Shown here piece after piece: positions 25,281-38,668 of a stretch of DNA of 63,683 nucleotides (positions are counted from its first letter, which is position 1; each line of letters starts with the position of its first letter). The notes beneath the pieces are model-generated. The model was not told the DNA's origin. It searched no databases and worked only from the letters and a program-made list of their open reading frames with translations. This DNA is from Mustelus asterias (taxonomy: Eukaryota), in assembly GCF_964213995.1 (NCBI RefSeq), contig NW_027592091.1, positions 1 to 63,683 of the forward strand, given 5' to 3'. The position numbers and the translations under genes are program-made.

Positions 25281-28200
25281 ACAATTAATCCAGTTCTCCT
25301 GGATTACTGCTCTGTAACATATCACTGTGTAATCCAACAATTAATCCAGTTCCCCTGGATTTCGGCTCTGTTACATATCACTGTGTAATCTAACAATTAC
25401 TCCAGTTCCCCTGGATTCCTGCTCTGTAACATATCACTGTGTAATCTAACAATTACTCCAGTTCCCCTGGATTACTGCTCTGTAACATATCACTGTGTAA
25501 TCCAACAATTAATCCAGTTCCCCTGGATTACTGCTCTGTAACATATCACTGTGTAATCCAACAATTAATCCAGTTCCCCTGGATTACTGCTCTGTAACAT
25601 ATCACTGTGTAATCTAACAATTACTCCAGTTCCCCTGGATTACTGCTCTGTAACATATCACTGTGTAATCTAACAATTAATCCAGTTCCCCTGGATTTCT
25701 GCTCTGTTACATATCACTGTGTAATCCAACAATTAATCCAGTTCTCCTGGATTTCTGCTCTGTAATATATCACTGTGTAATCCAACAATTAATCCAGTTC
25801 CCCTGGATTGCTGCTCTGTAACATATCACTGTGTAATCCAACAATGAATCCAGTTCTCCTGGATTACTGCTCTGTAACATATCACTGTGTAATCCAACAA
25901 TTAATCCAGTTCCCCTGGATTCCTGCTCTGTAACATATCACTGTGTAATCTAACAATTAATCCAGTTCTCCTGGATTCCTGCTCTGTAACATATCACTGT
26001 GTAATCTAACAATTAATCCAGTTCCCCTGGATTCCTGCTCTGTAACATATCACTGTGTAATCTAACAATTAATCCAGTTCTCCTGGATTCCTGCTCTGTA
26101 ACATATCACTGTGTAATCTAACAATTAATCCAGTTCCCCTGGATTCCTGCTCTGTAACATATCACTGTGTAATCCAACAATTAATCCAGTTCCCCTGGAT
26201 TACTGCTCTGTAACATATCACTGTGTAATCTAACAATTAATCCAGTTCCCCTGGATTACTGCTCTGTAACATATCACTGTGTAATCCAACAATTAATCCA
26301 GTTCCCCTGGATTACTGCTCTGTAACATATCACTGTGTAATCCAACAATTAATCCAGTTCCCCTGGATTACTGCTCTGTAACATATCACTGTGTAATTCA
26401 ACAATTAATCCAGTTCTCCTGGATTTCTGCTCTGTAATATATCACTGTGTAATCTAACAATTAATCCAGTTCCCCTGGATTACTGCTCTGTAACATATCA
26501 CTGTGTAATCCAACAATTAATCCAGTTCTCCTGGATTTCTGCTCTGTTACATATCACTGTGTAATCTAACAATTAATCCAGTTCCCCTGGATTCCTGCTC
26601 TGTAACATATCACTGTGTAATCTAACAATTAATCCAGTTCCCCTGGATTACTGCTCTGTAACATATCACTGTGTAATCCAACAATTAATCCAGTTCTCCT
26701 GGATTTCTGCTCTGTTACATATCACTGTGTAATCCAACAATTAATCCAGTTCTCCTGGATTTCTGCTCTGTAATATATCACTGTGTAATCCAACAATTAA
26801 TCCAATTCTCCTGGATTTCTGCGCTGTAACATATCACTGTGTAATCTAACAATTAATCCAGTTCCCCTGGATTTCTGCTCTGTAACATATCACTGTGTAA
26901 TCCAACAATTAATCCAGTTCCCCTGGATTACTGCTCTGTAACATATCACTGTGTAATCCAACAATTAATCCAGTTCCCCTGGATTACTGCTCTGTAACAT
27001 ATCACTGTGTAATCCAACAATTAACCCAGTTCCCCTGGATTTCTGCTCTGTAACATATCACTGTGTAATCTAACAATTAATCCAGTTCCCCTGGATTTCT
27101 GCTCTGTTACATATCACTGTGTAATCCAACAATTAATCCAGTTCTCCTGGATTTCTGCTCTGTAATATATCACTGTGTAATCTAACAATTAATCCAGTTC
27201 TCCTGGATTACTGCTCTGTAACATATCACTGTGTAATCCAACAATTAATCCAGTTCCCCTGGATTACTGCTCTGTAACATATCACTGTGTAATCCAACAA
27301 TTAATCCAGTTCCCCTGGATTACTGCTCTGTAACATATCACTGTGTAATCTAACAATTAATCCAGTTCCCCTGGATTACTGCTCTGTAACATATCACTGT
27401 GTAATCCAACAATTAATCCAGTTCCCCTGGATTACTGCTCTGTAACATATCACTGTGTAATCCAACAATTAATCCAGTTCCCCTGGATTACTGCTCTGTA
27501 ACATATCACTGTGCAATCCAACAATTAATCCAGTTCCCCTGGATTACTGCTCTGTAACATATCACTGTGTAATCCAACAATTAATCCAGTTCCCCTGGAT
27601 TTCTGCTCTGTAAAATATCACTGTGTAATCCAACAATTAATCCAGTTCCCCTGGATTTCTGCTCTGTAACATATCACTGTGTAATCTAACAATTAATCCA
27701 GTTCTCCTGGATTACTGCTCTTTAATACGTCACTGTGTAATCCAACAATTAATCCAGTTCCCCTGGATTACTGCTCTGTAACATATCACTGTGTAATCTA
27801 ACAATTAATCCAGTTCCCCTGGATTTCTGCTCTGTAAAATATCACTGTGTAATCTAACAATTAATCCAGTTCTCCTGGATTACTGCTCTTTAATACGTCA
27901 CTGTGTAATCCAACAATTAATCCAGTTCCCCTGGATTACTGCTCTGTAACATATCACTGTGTAATCTAACAATTAATCCAGTTCCCCTGGATTTCTGCTC
28001 TGTAAAATATCACCGTGTAATCCAACAATTAATCCAGTTCCCCTGGATTACTGCTCTGTTACATATCACTGTGTAATCCAACAATTAATCCAGTTCCCCT
28101 GGATTTCTGCTCTGTTACATTTCACTGTGTAATCCATCAATTAATCCAGTTCCCCTGGATTCCTGCTCTGTAACATATCACTGTGTAATCTGACAATTAA

Positions 28201-30988
28201 TCCAGTTCCCCTGGATTCCTGCTCTGTAGCATATCACTGTGTAATCCAACAATTAATCCAGTTCCCCTGGATTACTGCTCTGTTACATATCACTGTGTAA
28301 TCCAACAATTAATCCAGTACCCCTGGATTTCTGCTCTGTTACATTTCACTGTGTAATCTAACAATTAATCCAGTTCCCCTGGATTTCTGCTCTGTAACAT
28401 ATCACTGTGTAATCCAACAATTAATCCAGTTCCCCTGGATTACTGCTCTGTAACATATCACTGTGTAATCTAACAATTAATCCAGTTCTCCTGGATTCCT
28501 GCTCTGTAACATATCACTGTGTAATCTAACAATTAATCCAGTTCCCCTGGATTACTGCTCTGTAACATATCACTGTGTAATCTAACAATTAATCCAGTTC
28601 CCCTGGATTCCTGCTCTGTAACATATCACTGTGTAATCTAACAATTAATCCAGTTCCCCTGGATTCCTGCTCTGTAACATATCACTGTGTAATCTAACAA
28701 TTAATCCAGTTCCCCTGGATTCCTGCTCTGTAACATATCACTGTGTAATCTAACAATTAATCCAGTTCCCCTGGATTTCTGCTCTGTTACATTTCACTGT
28801 GTAATCTAACAATTAATCCAGTTCCCCTGGATTTCTGCTCTGTAACATATCACTGTGTAATCTAACAATTAATCCAGTTCCCCTGGATTCCTGCTCTGTA
28901 ACATATCACTGTGTAATCCAACAATTAATCCAGTTCCCCTGGATTACTGCTCTGTAACATATCACTGTGTCATCCAACAATTAATCCAGTTCTCCTGGAT
29001 TACTGCTCTGTAACATATCACTGTGTAATCTAACAATTAATCCAGTTCCCCTGGATTACTGCTCTGTAACATATCACTGTGTAATCTAACAATTAATCCA
29101 GTTCTCCTGGATTACTGCTCTGTAACATATCACTGTGTAATCTAACAATTAATCCAGTTCCCCTGGATTCCTGCTCTGTAGCATATCACTGTGTAATCTA
29201 ACAATTAATCCAGTTCCCCTGGATTCCTGCTCTGTAACATATCACTGTGTAATCCAACAATTAATCCAGTTCCCCTGGATTTCTGCTCTGTAACATATCA
29301 CTGTGTAATCCAACAATTAATCCAGTTCCCCTGGATTACTGCTCTGTAACATATCACTGTGTAATCCAACAATTAATCCAGTTCCCCTGGATTACTGCTC
29401 TGTAACATATCACTGTGTAATCCAACAATTAATCCAGTTCCCCTGGATTTCTGCTCTGTAAAATATCACTGTGTAATCCAACAATTAATCCAGTTCCCCT
29501 GGATTTCTGCTCTGTAACATATCACTGTGTAATCTAACAATTAATCCAGTTCTCCTGGATTACTGCTCTTTAATACGTCACTGTGTAATCCAACAATTAA
29601 TCCAGTTCCCCTGGATTACTGCTCTGTAACATATCACTGTGTAATCTAACAATTAATCCAGTTCCCCTGGATTTCTGCTCTGTAAAATATCACTGTGTAA
29701 TCTAACAATTAATCCAGTTCTCCTGGATTACTGCTCTTTAATACGTCACTGTGTAATCCAACAATTAATCCAGTTCCCCTGGATTACTGCTCTGTAACAT
29801 ATCACTGTGTAATCTAACAATTAATCCAGTTCCCCTGGATTTCTGCTCTGTAAAATATCACTGTGTAATCCAACAATTAATCCAGTTCCCCTGGATTACT
29901 GCTCTGTTACATATCACTGTGTAATCCAACAATTAATCCAGTTCCCCTGGATTTCTGCTCTGTTACATTTCACTGTGTAATCTAACAATTAATCCAGTTC
30001 CCCTGGATTCCTGCTCTGTAACATATCACTGTGTAATCCATCAATTAATCCAGTTCCCCTGGATTACTGCTCTGTTACATATCACTGTGTAATCCAACAA
30101 TTAATCCAGTTCCCCTGGATTTCTGCTCTGTTACATTTCACTGTGTAATCCATCAATTAATCCAGTTCCCCTGGATTTCTGCTCTGTAACATATCACTGT
30201 GTAATCTAACAATTAATCCAGTTCCCCTGGATTCCTGCTCTGTAGCATATCACTGTGTAATCCAACAATTAATCCAGTTCCCCTGGATTACTGCTCTGTT
30301 ACATATCACTGTGTAATCCAACAATTAATCCAGTTCCCCTGGATTTCTGCTCTGTTACATTTCACTGTGTAATCTAACAATTAATCCAGTTCCCCTGGAT
30401 TTCTGCTCTGTAACATATCACTGTGTAATCTAACAATTAATCCAGTTCCCCTGGATTCCTGCTCTGTAACATATCACTATGTAATCTAACAATTAATCCA
30501 GTTCCCCTGGATTCCTGCTCTGTAACATATCACTGTGTAATCTAACAATTAATCCAGTTCCCCTGGATTCCTGCTCTGTAACATATCACTGTGTAATCCA
30601 ACAATTAATCCAGTTCCCCTGGATTACAGCTCTGTAACATATCACTGTGTAATCTAACAATTAATCCAGTTCCCCTGGATTCCTGCTCTGTAACATATCA
30701 CTGTGTAATCCAACAATTAATCCAGTTCCCCTGGATTACTGCTCTGTAACATATCACTGTGTAATCTAACAATTAATCCAGTTCCCCTGGATTCCTGCTC
30801 TGTAACATATCACTGTGTAATCTAACAATTAATCCAGTTCCCCTGGATTCCTGCTCTGTAACATATCACTGTGTAATCCAACAATTAATCCAGTTCCCCT
30901 GGATTCCTGCTCTGTAACATATCACTGTGTAATCCAACAATTAATCCAGTTCCCCTGGATTCCTGCTCTGTTACATATCACTGTGTAA
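25281..30988. repeat. 56-bp tandem satellite, ~102 copies
   Basis: Unit acaattaatccagttc[c/t]cctggatt[a/t/c]ctgctctgtaacatatcactgtgtaatc[c/t]a; phase is maintained across 5.7 kb. Confidence 0.98.
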
Positions 30989-31031
30989 CGGAACCCGTTC
31001 CTGCTGCCGTGAACACACAAACACAGCGAGG

Positions 31032-31048
31032 GAGCTCCCTCTTGTGGC
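31032..31048 (-). promoter_or_regulatory. CTCF-like motif at the satellite border
   Basis: Minus strand GCCACAAGAGGGAGCTC. Confidence 0.55.
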
Positions 31049-31271
31049 GATGTGAGGTAAATGGCCTCTGCCTGGGAAATCACTGAATTCTCAGATTACT
31101 GAAGGATCTTGTTGGAGGATTGTGCTGCTGTATTTTTCTTATTCCTACTATTCTTATTTTAATATATTTTAATGCAGACGAATCTATTCCCATAACTGAT
31201 ATCAATCTCGGAAACAAATACAGACAAACTCATAGACACACAAATACTCAGAAAAATGCAGACACATACAG

Positions 31272-31433
31272 AGGATTCCAAGAATAAATTAGATATAGCT
31301 CTTGGGGCTAAAGGTGTGGGAAGAAGGGGGATCAGAATATTGAATTCGATGATCAGCCATGATCAAAATGAATGGCGGAGCAGGCTCGAAGGGCCGAATG
31401 GCTTCCTCCTGCTTCTAGTTTCTATCTTTCTAT
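31272..31433 (+). mobile_element. CR1 LINE 3' UTR fragment
   Basis: gatcagccatgat..gaatggcggagcaggctcgaagggccgaatggc..tttctat tail. Confidence 0.8.
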
Positions 31434-33850
31434 AATCTCACACAAACACACACACAGCACACACAGATACACACTCATACATACACACGCTCAGACACAC
31501 ACACTATCTCAGACACTCTCACAAACACAGAGACAGACTGAGACCATGAAGGGTTGATGTCAGTCTCACTCCAAATAATCTGCTGGGCAAATTAAAACAA
31601 CAGAAGCAAATCTGAAATTCAGTGTGTGAGTTTTATTGTGAAATGAGATAATGTATAAAGATATCCCCATAGCTCAGGGTGGGAGTGGAATTGATGATTT
31701 GTCTGCTGTCTGAACAAATATTAAATTGTAGAGATTATAAAGTTTGAATTGTAATATCTAATGGTGTGAAGTATCTGGGAGCAGAGTGGGTGTGGTAAAG
31801 GCTGGAATACAAACTGGGGGAATGAGGGTGAAACTGCGGTGCACAGTGAATGGTTCTTGTTGTAGGGAGGGATGGGAGGAGGGATAGAGAGAGGAATGGG
31901 GGGGGGGATGACCTTCCAGAATGTCTTTCCCAGCCTTGAGATCCAGGGAAGTTTTCAGCATTAAAACAGAAAATGCTGACAATAAGAATCCACACTTTTC
32001 CAAGTACCAGTTGATTGTGCCCCAGATTATTGGTTTCATTTTTCTCCACCGCTGATGTTAAGATGATTGTTCTGTAATTTTTTGAACAGGGATGTAACAT
32101 TTCCAATCTCTCAGCCTTTTGGCACCACAACTCTATGAGAAGGATTGGAAGATTGTGGCCAGAGCCTCCACAAGCTCCATGTGAAGGACAGTTTATGTCA
32201 GAGTGCAGCAGTCCCTCAGTGTCAGACTGCAGTGTCAGCCTAGATAATGTGCTCAGCTTGATGAGTATTTCCTGTTGTTATTGATGTGGATCATTCAGAA
32301 ACAATGGACTCTGATGATGTCATCCAGTCCTGCTGCGATGATGTCATAGAGACGATTACATCACAGTGGAGCCTTTGTGGTGAAAACAGTTTTGTTCCAG
32401 ACGGCAGCAAGTTCATAACTGATAGATCAGCAACTAGAATTACTGGGTCACAGAGCACAATATTAGGATGCATGGTCAAAACCTTGTTTGGAGAGACAGA
32501 CCTTAACAAACACCTTTAATCTGGACAGTTAGGGAGGGAGTTTCAGAATCTCATATCCAGGCCTTGTTCCATTCACTCAAAATATTTTACAGAAATTGAT
32601 AAGTTATAATGATCAGGAAGGTTTGAAAAGCATTAATCTCTTCTCTTTGGAACAATGTTGACCCCATTTTCTGTCTCAATCTGATTCTCTTTGTCTCAGT
32701 TTACGAACTTCCATCCCATTCACTCTCACTGTCTCTTTCCCCATTTACTTTGCTCCCTCTATTCACTTGTTCTCTGTCTGTAATAATCACAATGACTGCC
32801 GGTGATTCTCTGACTATAATCAGAAAAGAAATTAATCCGAAGTGTGCAGTCCCACCCAGCTGGACAACAATGGAGAGGCACTGGAGGAAGATGGTTTGGT
32901 CAATGGTGTCAATAACTGCAGACTGGCTGAGAAGGACAGTGACAGATAACTTACCTCAGTCATATTCACACAGTAATTTGAGACTTTGGTAAGAGCTGGT
33001 TTAATACTGTGGAAAGACAAATGTAATCGGAGGGATTCACACAGGGAATTTCAGGACATATGGGCAGAGATTTGGGAGACGACAGGGATTTTGGAAGTTG
33101 TAATGAGAGATGGGCAGGAGGGGAACAAAGACACCGGGGTCAAGGGTGGGCTCGTGGGAGGAAGGGAAGCAACAGAGGCAGCTTTTTAAATTTCATTTGT
33201 GAGACATGGATGTTGTTGCATGGCCAGCATTTATTGCAAGTTGCCCTTGAGAAGGTGGTGGTGAGCTGCCTTATGAGTGGCTTGCTCGGCCATTTTAGAG
33301 ACAACCACACTGCTGTGGCTCTGGAGTCCCATGTAGGCCAGACCAGGCAAGGACGACAGATTTCCTTCCCGAAAGGACATCATTAAACCAGATGGGTTTT
33401 TACGACAATTGTTTCACGGTCATCAGTAAATTCTTAATTCCAGATATGTTTTATTGAATTCAGATTTCACCATCTGCCCTGGTGGGATTCAAACCTGGTA
33501 CCCAGAACATTAGCTGAGTTTCTGGGTTAACCGTCTAGTGTTAATACCACTAGGCCATCACCTCCCCTCAATCTTAGTGACAAAGAAGCTCCATGCGCTC
33601 CTCACACTTGTTGTTGGAGGTGAGGATGGCGAAGACAGGGGAGAGGGAGAGCCCTTCAAAAGGATCCAAATGGAGTTAGAGACATTAAATAGATGCAACA
33701 CAGTGTGTTCAATATAAAAATAGTAATATAAAACTAATTTATTTGACCTTTATCCACAATATTAGCCCAAACAACTGGCTGGAATTTATTGACATCATCC
33801 AACAGACCCCAACGAACATCATCCTGGATGTCACTGACAGCAAAATCCAA

Positions 33851-34899
33851 TCATTGTCGTTGCTTGTCAGCTTGTTGGTGTCTCATCAGTACAGAAAAAT
33901 AAGCAAATCCCTTCCCACATTCAGCACATGTGAATGGCCTCTCCCCAGTGTGAACTCGCTGGTGTGTCAGTAGGTTCGATGACTGAGTGAAACCCTTCCC
34001 ACACACAGAGCAGGTGAACGGTCTCTCCCCAGTGTGAACGTGCTGGTGCATCAGAAGTTTGGATGAGGAAGGGAATCCCTTCCCACACTCAGAGCAGATG
34101 AATGGTCTCCCCCCAGTTTGAACACACTGGTGTGTCAGAAGGACGGATGACTGAGTAAATCCCTTTCCACAGTCAGGGCAGGTGAACAGCCTCTCCCCAG
34201 TGTGAATTTGCTGGTGCACAGTCAGGTGAGACGATCGCTTGAATGCAGACCCACAGTGAGAGCATCTGAATGGTCTCTCATCAGTGTGAACAGGTTGATG
34301 CTGCATCAAGTCCTGGGAACTTTTAAAGTGTTTTCCACAGTCTGTACATGTAAAAGGTCTCTCATCAGTGTGAACTCGCTGGTGTGTCTGCAGTTTGTAT
34401 TGCTGAGTAAATCCTTTCCCACACAAGGAACAGGTGAATGGCCTCTCATTGCTGTGAACACGTTGATGGCGCATCAGTTCCCCAGAACATTTGTAACACT
34501 TCCCACAGTCTGAGCATTTAAATGGTCTCTCCTCAGTGTGAACTCGCTGGTGATTCAACAGGGTGGATGACTGAATGAATCCCTTCCCACACACAGAACA
34601 GGTGAACGGCCTTTCCCCAGTGTGAAGTCGCTGATGTATCAGAAGGTAGGATTGACGAGTGAATCCCTTCCCACATTCGAAGCAGGTGAACGGTCTCTCC
34701 CCAGTGTGACTGAGCCAATGGCATTCCAGGCCAGACGGGGATTTGAATCCCTTCCCACAATCCCTGCATTTCCATGGTTTCTTCCTGGATTGACTGCATT
34801 TGTGTTTTAACAGGTCAGATGATTGGCTGAAGCCTCGTCCATACACAGAGAGCACGTGTACGGTTTCTCCCCGCTGTGAACGGTGCTTGTTCCTTCCAT
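33851..34899 (-). pseudogene. C2H2 zinc-finger gene, frameshifted
   Basis: The paralogous ATG at 34899 ([16 protein letters not shown]) is 2 nt out of frame with the finger array and reaches TAA after 30 codons. About 10 fingers follow in the other frame. Confidence 0.8.
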
Positions 34900-35319
34900 G
34901 TTCAAAATCAAATGATATTCAGGTTATGATACATTGGAAAACTCCACCAGATTGTGATGTGATGTTTCGTTTCAGTTTCCCGACTGCAAATCCTCCTCTT
35001 CTAAAATGCTGTGTAACTGTTTCAAAACAGAAAAAGATGGGGTGAGGGAGAACCCACAAAAACAGAAAGGCAGTTTGTGAAATTGAGCTGAATGAATCTG
35101 GTCATTTGCGGGGCCGGCTCCAGGGAAAAGTGACCATTAAAACTGGTGGATTCTCATAAAAACCCAACTGGTTCACTAATGTCCTTCGGGAAGGAAACCT
35201 GCCAACCAGTCTGGGTCGACACAGATTCTGTCCACAAATTTCTAAACTGTCCCTGAACACCAAGGTCTGGGTCATTTGTATACATTAGGAAGAGCTGGGT
35301 GTTAACACCCGCTCCTGAG

Positions 35320-38300
35320 GAACTCCCAAACATCCATTAACCAGTATTTTGTGTGTTTCCTGTCCCCCAGACAATTTTGTGTCAATGCTGCTGCTGTCCC
35401 TTTTATTCCACGAGTCATATCTGTGCTCCGATGTCTGCTGTGCGGCAATTTATCTGATGCTTTTTGGAAGTCCATGTTCACCACATTAACAGCATTATCC
35501 TCAACAACGGTATCTGTGACCTCATCAAAATATTTCAGCAGGTTCCATAAACACCATTTCCTCTGAACACTGTCCTTCTTCATCCACATTTACTCAGGTG
35601 ACTACTAAATATGTCCTGAATTATTGTTTCAGGAATCTTCCCCATCACTAGCATTGAACTGACTGACCTGTAGTTTCTGGGATTATCTTTTGAGCAGGTA
35701 CTGACTAATCCACCTAACCTGCACATCTTTGGACCACGGGAAGAAATCCATGCAGACACGGAGAACGTGCAAACTCCACACAGACAATCGCCCGCGGCTG
35801 GAATCGAACCCGGGTCTTTGGCGCTCTGTGGCAGCAGTGCTAACCACTGTGCAGCCCCAAAACGTTTTCCATGTTCCAATTTCCAATTGCTGTATCCTGT
35901 AAATAGAGTTTCCAAAAAGATCATCACTGTTAAACCAGGACATAAATTCAGAAGAGACAAACCGTTCCTTGATTTGAATATTCTGTGTGTAAATCCCCCA
36001 CTTCTAACCAAATAAAAGCAAATTACTGCGTCTGTTTGAATGAGGAACCAAAAGAGAAAATGCTGGAAAATCTCAGCAGGTCTGGCAGCATCCCTAAGGA
36101 GAGATGCAGATGGTCTGTTAGCCTTTATTCCCCAGGGATGCAGTTTCCGAGTGAGGAAAGCTTTCTGAAATTGTATCCAGTTTTGGTGAAACCACATGTG
36201 GAACACTGCAGAGTTTGGGTCTCCTTACCCAGAGAATTGCCCCAGAGGACGAGTAACAAACGTTCACCAGACTGCTTCCTGGGATGACAGGACTGTGCAA
36301 TGAGGAGTGATTGAGCAGAACTGGTCTTTACTCTCTGACCTGATCGTAACCTCAAATCTTCATCCTGCTGACCTCCAATAACCTTTCACCTCCTTTCTTA
36401 CCAAGAATCTATCCACCTTTGCTTAAAATATTCAAACACTCTTCTTCCACCACCTTTTCAGGGAGAGAGTTCCAAAGACTCACGACACTTGGAGAAAAAT
36501 TCTCCTCATCTCTACTTTAAATGGGTGACGCTTTATTTTTTAAAACGGTGACCCCTAGTTCTGGATTATCCCACAAGAGGAAACATCCTCTCTACCTCCA
36601 TCCTGTCAAGGCCTTGCAGGAACAAGTCGCCATTTACTCTTCTGAACTCCAGCGGATACACTCCTAGCCTGTCCAACCTTGCCTCGTAACACAACCCATC
36701 AATTTCAGGCATTGTAAGAAGTCTCACAACACCAGGTTAAAGTCCAATTGGTTTATTTGGAATCACGAGCTTTCGGAGCGCTGCTCCTTCGTCAGGTGCG
36801 GAAGGATTCCAAATTCCAAATAAACCTGTTGGTCTTTAACCTGGTGTTGTGAGACTTCTTACTGTGCCCACCCCAGTCCAACGCCAGCATCACCGCATTA
36901 TTTCAGGTATTGGTCTGGTAAACTTCTCTGAACTGTCTCCAGCACACTTACACCCTTCTTTAAACAAGGTGACCAATACTGTACATATTACTCCAGACGT
37001 GGTCTCACTAGTGACCTGTACAACTGAAGCATAACCTCCCTAGTTCTGTATTTAATTCCCTTCACAATGAATGATAACATTCTATTAGTGTTCCTAATTA
37101 CTGATTTACTTGCATATTAGCCTTTTGTGATTTATGTACTAGAACACCCAGATCCCTCTGAATCTCTGAGCTCTGCAATCTCTCACCGTTTAGACAAAAT
37201 GCTTCTTTTTCATTCTTCCTGCCGAAATGGACAATTTCACATTTGCCCACATTCTACTCCATTTACCAGATATTTTCCCACTCACTTAACCTTTCTGTCT
37301 TTTTGAACCCTCCGTATGTCCTCGTCACAACTTACTTTCCCACCTATCTTTGTGTCATCGGCAAATTTGCCAACCAGCCCTTCATCCAGTCATTTCTATA
37401 AATCTTTGATTCCTTGCCCCAAATTTGTTTCCCTGTCTACTATTTAGTTTTAAAATGCTTTCCCCAGTACTGGTGTCAGTGCCCCATGAACCAGAACCCA
37501 CCTCCCACACCAATCTTTGAGTCACTCATTCATCTCTTTGATCTGATTTGTCCTAAGACAATTAGTAAGTAGTTAAGGTAATTATCCAGATTATGAACTT
37601 TGAGATCCTGCTTCTTAATTTGGTACCTAGGTCCTCATACTAGCCATGTAAAACCTCCTTCTTTGTCCTGCCTGTGTCATTGGTACCTACATGGACCACA
37701 ATGACTGGGTCCTCCCCCGTGCAGCTGTTTTTGAGCTGCAGATCCGACACAATACTGTAAGTTCCTCTTCAGACCTGAGCAGATGTCCTGAACCCTGGCA
37801 CAAGGCAACACAGCGATCTGGACTCATGCTCTTTGCTGCAGAGAACAGTGTGAATCCCTCTGATTACACCATCCCATACTACCCCTACATTCCCTTTTTC
37901 TCCTCCAACTTGAATGGCTTCCTGTACCACGGTGCCAAGGTCAGTTTGCTCATCCACCCTGCAGCATAAACAAGCTGAAAAAACTGCAATCCGGTTGGAC
38001 AATTGTGAAGGCTGAGGCTCCTGCCACCTGAATCCCCTTACCTGCCTCACTCACAGTCATCCTCCTGTCCCTGATCACTGACCAAATCAGCAGGTCCTGT
38101 CCTAAGAGGTGTGACTGCTTCCTGGTGTAAAGAATCCAGGTAATGTTCCCCCTCCCTGATGCATCGCAGTGTCTGTAGTTCAGCCTCCAGCTCATAAACT
38201 CTAACCGGAGCTGCTTGAACTTCAAACACTTACTGCAGATGAGTTTGCCCTCGATCAAACTGACACCCAGGAGCTCCCACACGCTGCAGCTGTGACACAT

Positions 38301-38420
38301 CACCTGTCCTCCCATCTTTAATGTGTGCGAAAAAAGTATTTAATTATTTTATCCAATGATGTATTTTACTTTTGATTTTATATATTTTATTAACCTTACC
38401 AGCAGTTGCTATACGATTTT
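35320..38420 (-). mobile_element. Degraded CR1 LINE fragments (ORF1 and RT) with SINE and Penelope-terminus insertions
   Basis: Minus strand CHSCSVWEL..CSKC..ELEAELQTLR (ORF1) and MDFQKASDKLPH (RT); CR1 3' region at ~36340-36710. Confidence 0.75.
36714..36895. mobile_element. Palindromic Penelope-associated element with hammerhead-like core
   Basis: Inverted arms gtaagaagtctcacaacaccaggttaaag..ctttaacctggtgttgtgagacttcttac flank the core at 36763-36799. Confidence 0.7.
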
Positions 38421-38668
38421 GATCCTTAGACATCGAATAAACTTTAGTCACTTTGCAGATACTCAGCAAATAGCTCGCCGCTCTTTCTCCTGTAGAAGAG
38501 GAAGATCACTTCCCAAAGGCTGAGAATATTAGAAAGCAAAAGGGTACCTCGTTCCCTTCCTTCCCTAAGTCCCTTAATCACCCAACTCTTAGCACACTGT
38601 TCTAAGCTGCATTCAAGTGATGCCAGTTCAGAGCTGTTTCTGAGCTGCAGATTCAATACAATACTCAC

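Noticed and set aside
25281-30988. CRISPR-like array (hairpin-containing repeats)
   Set aside because: No unique spacers, no cas genes, vertebrate context.
25281-30988. Array of true J or D segments
   Set aside because: No FGxG motif, no splice donor and no second flanking RSS between heptamers.
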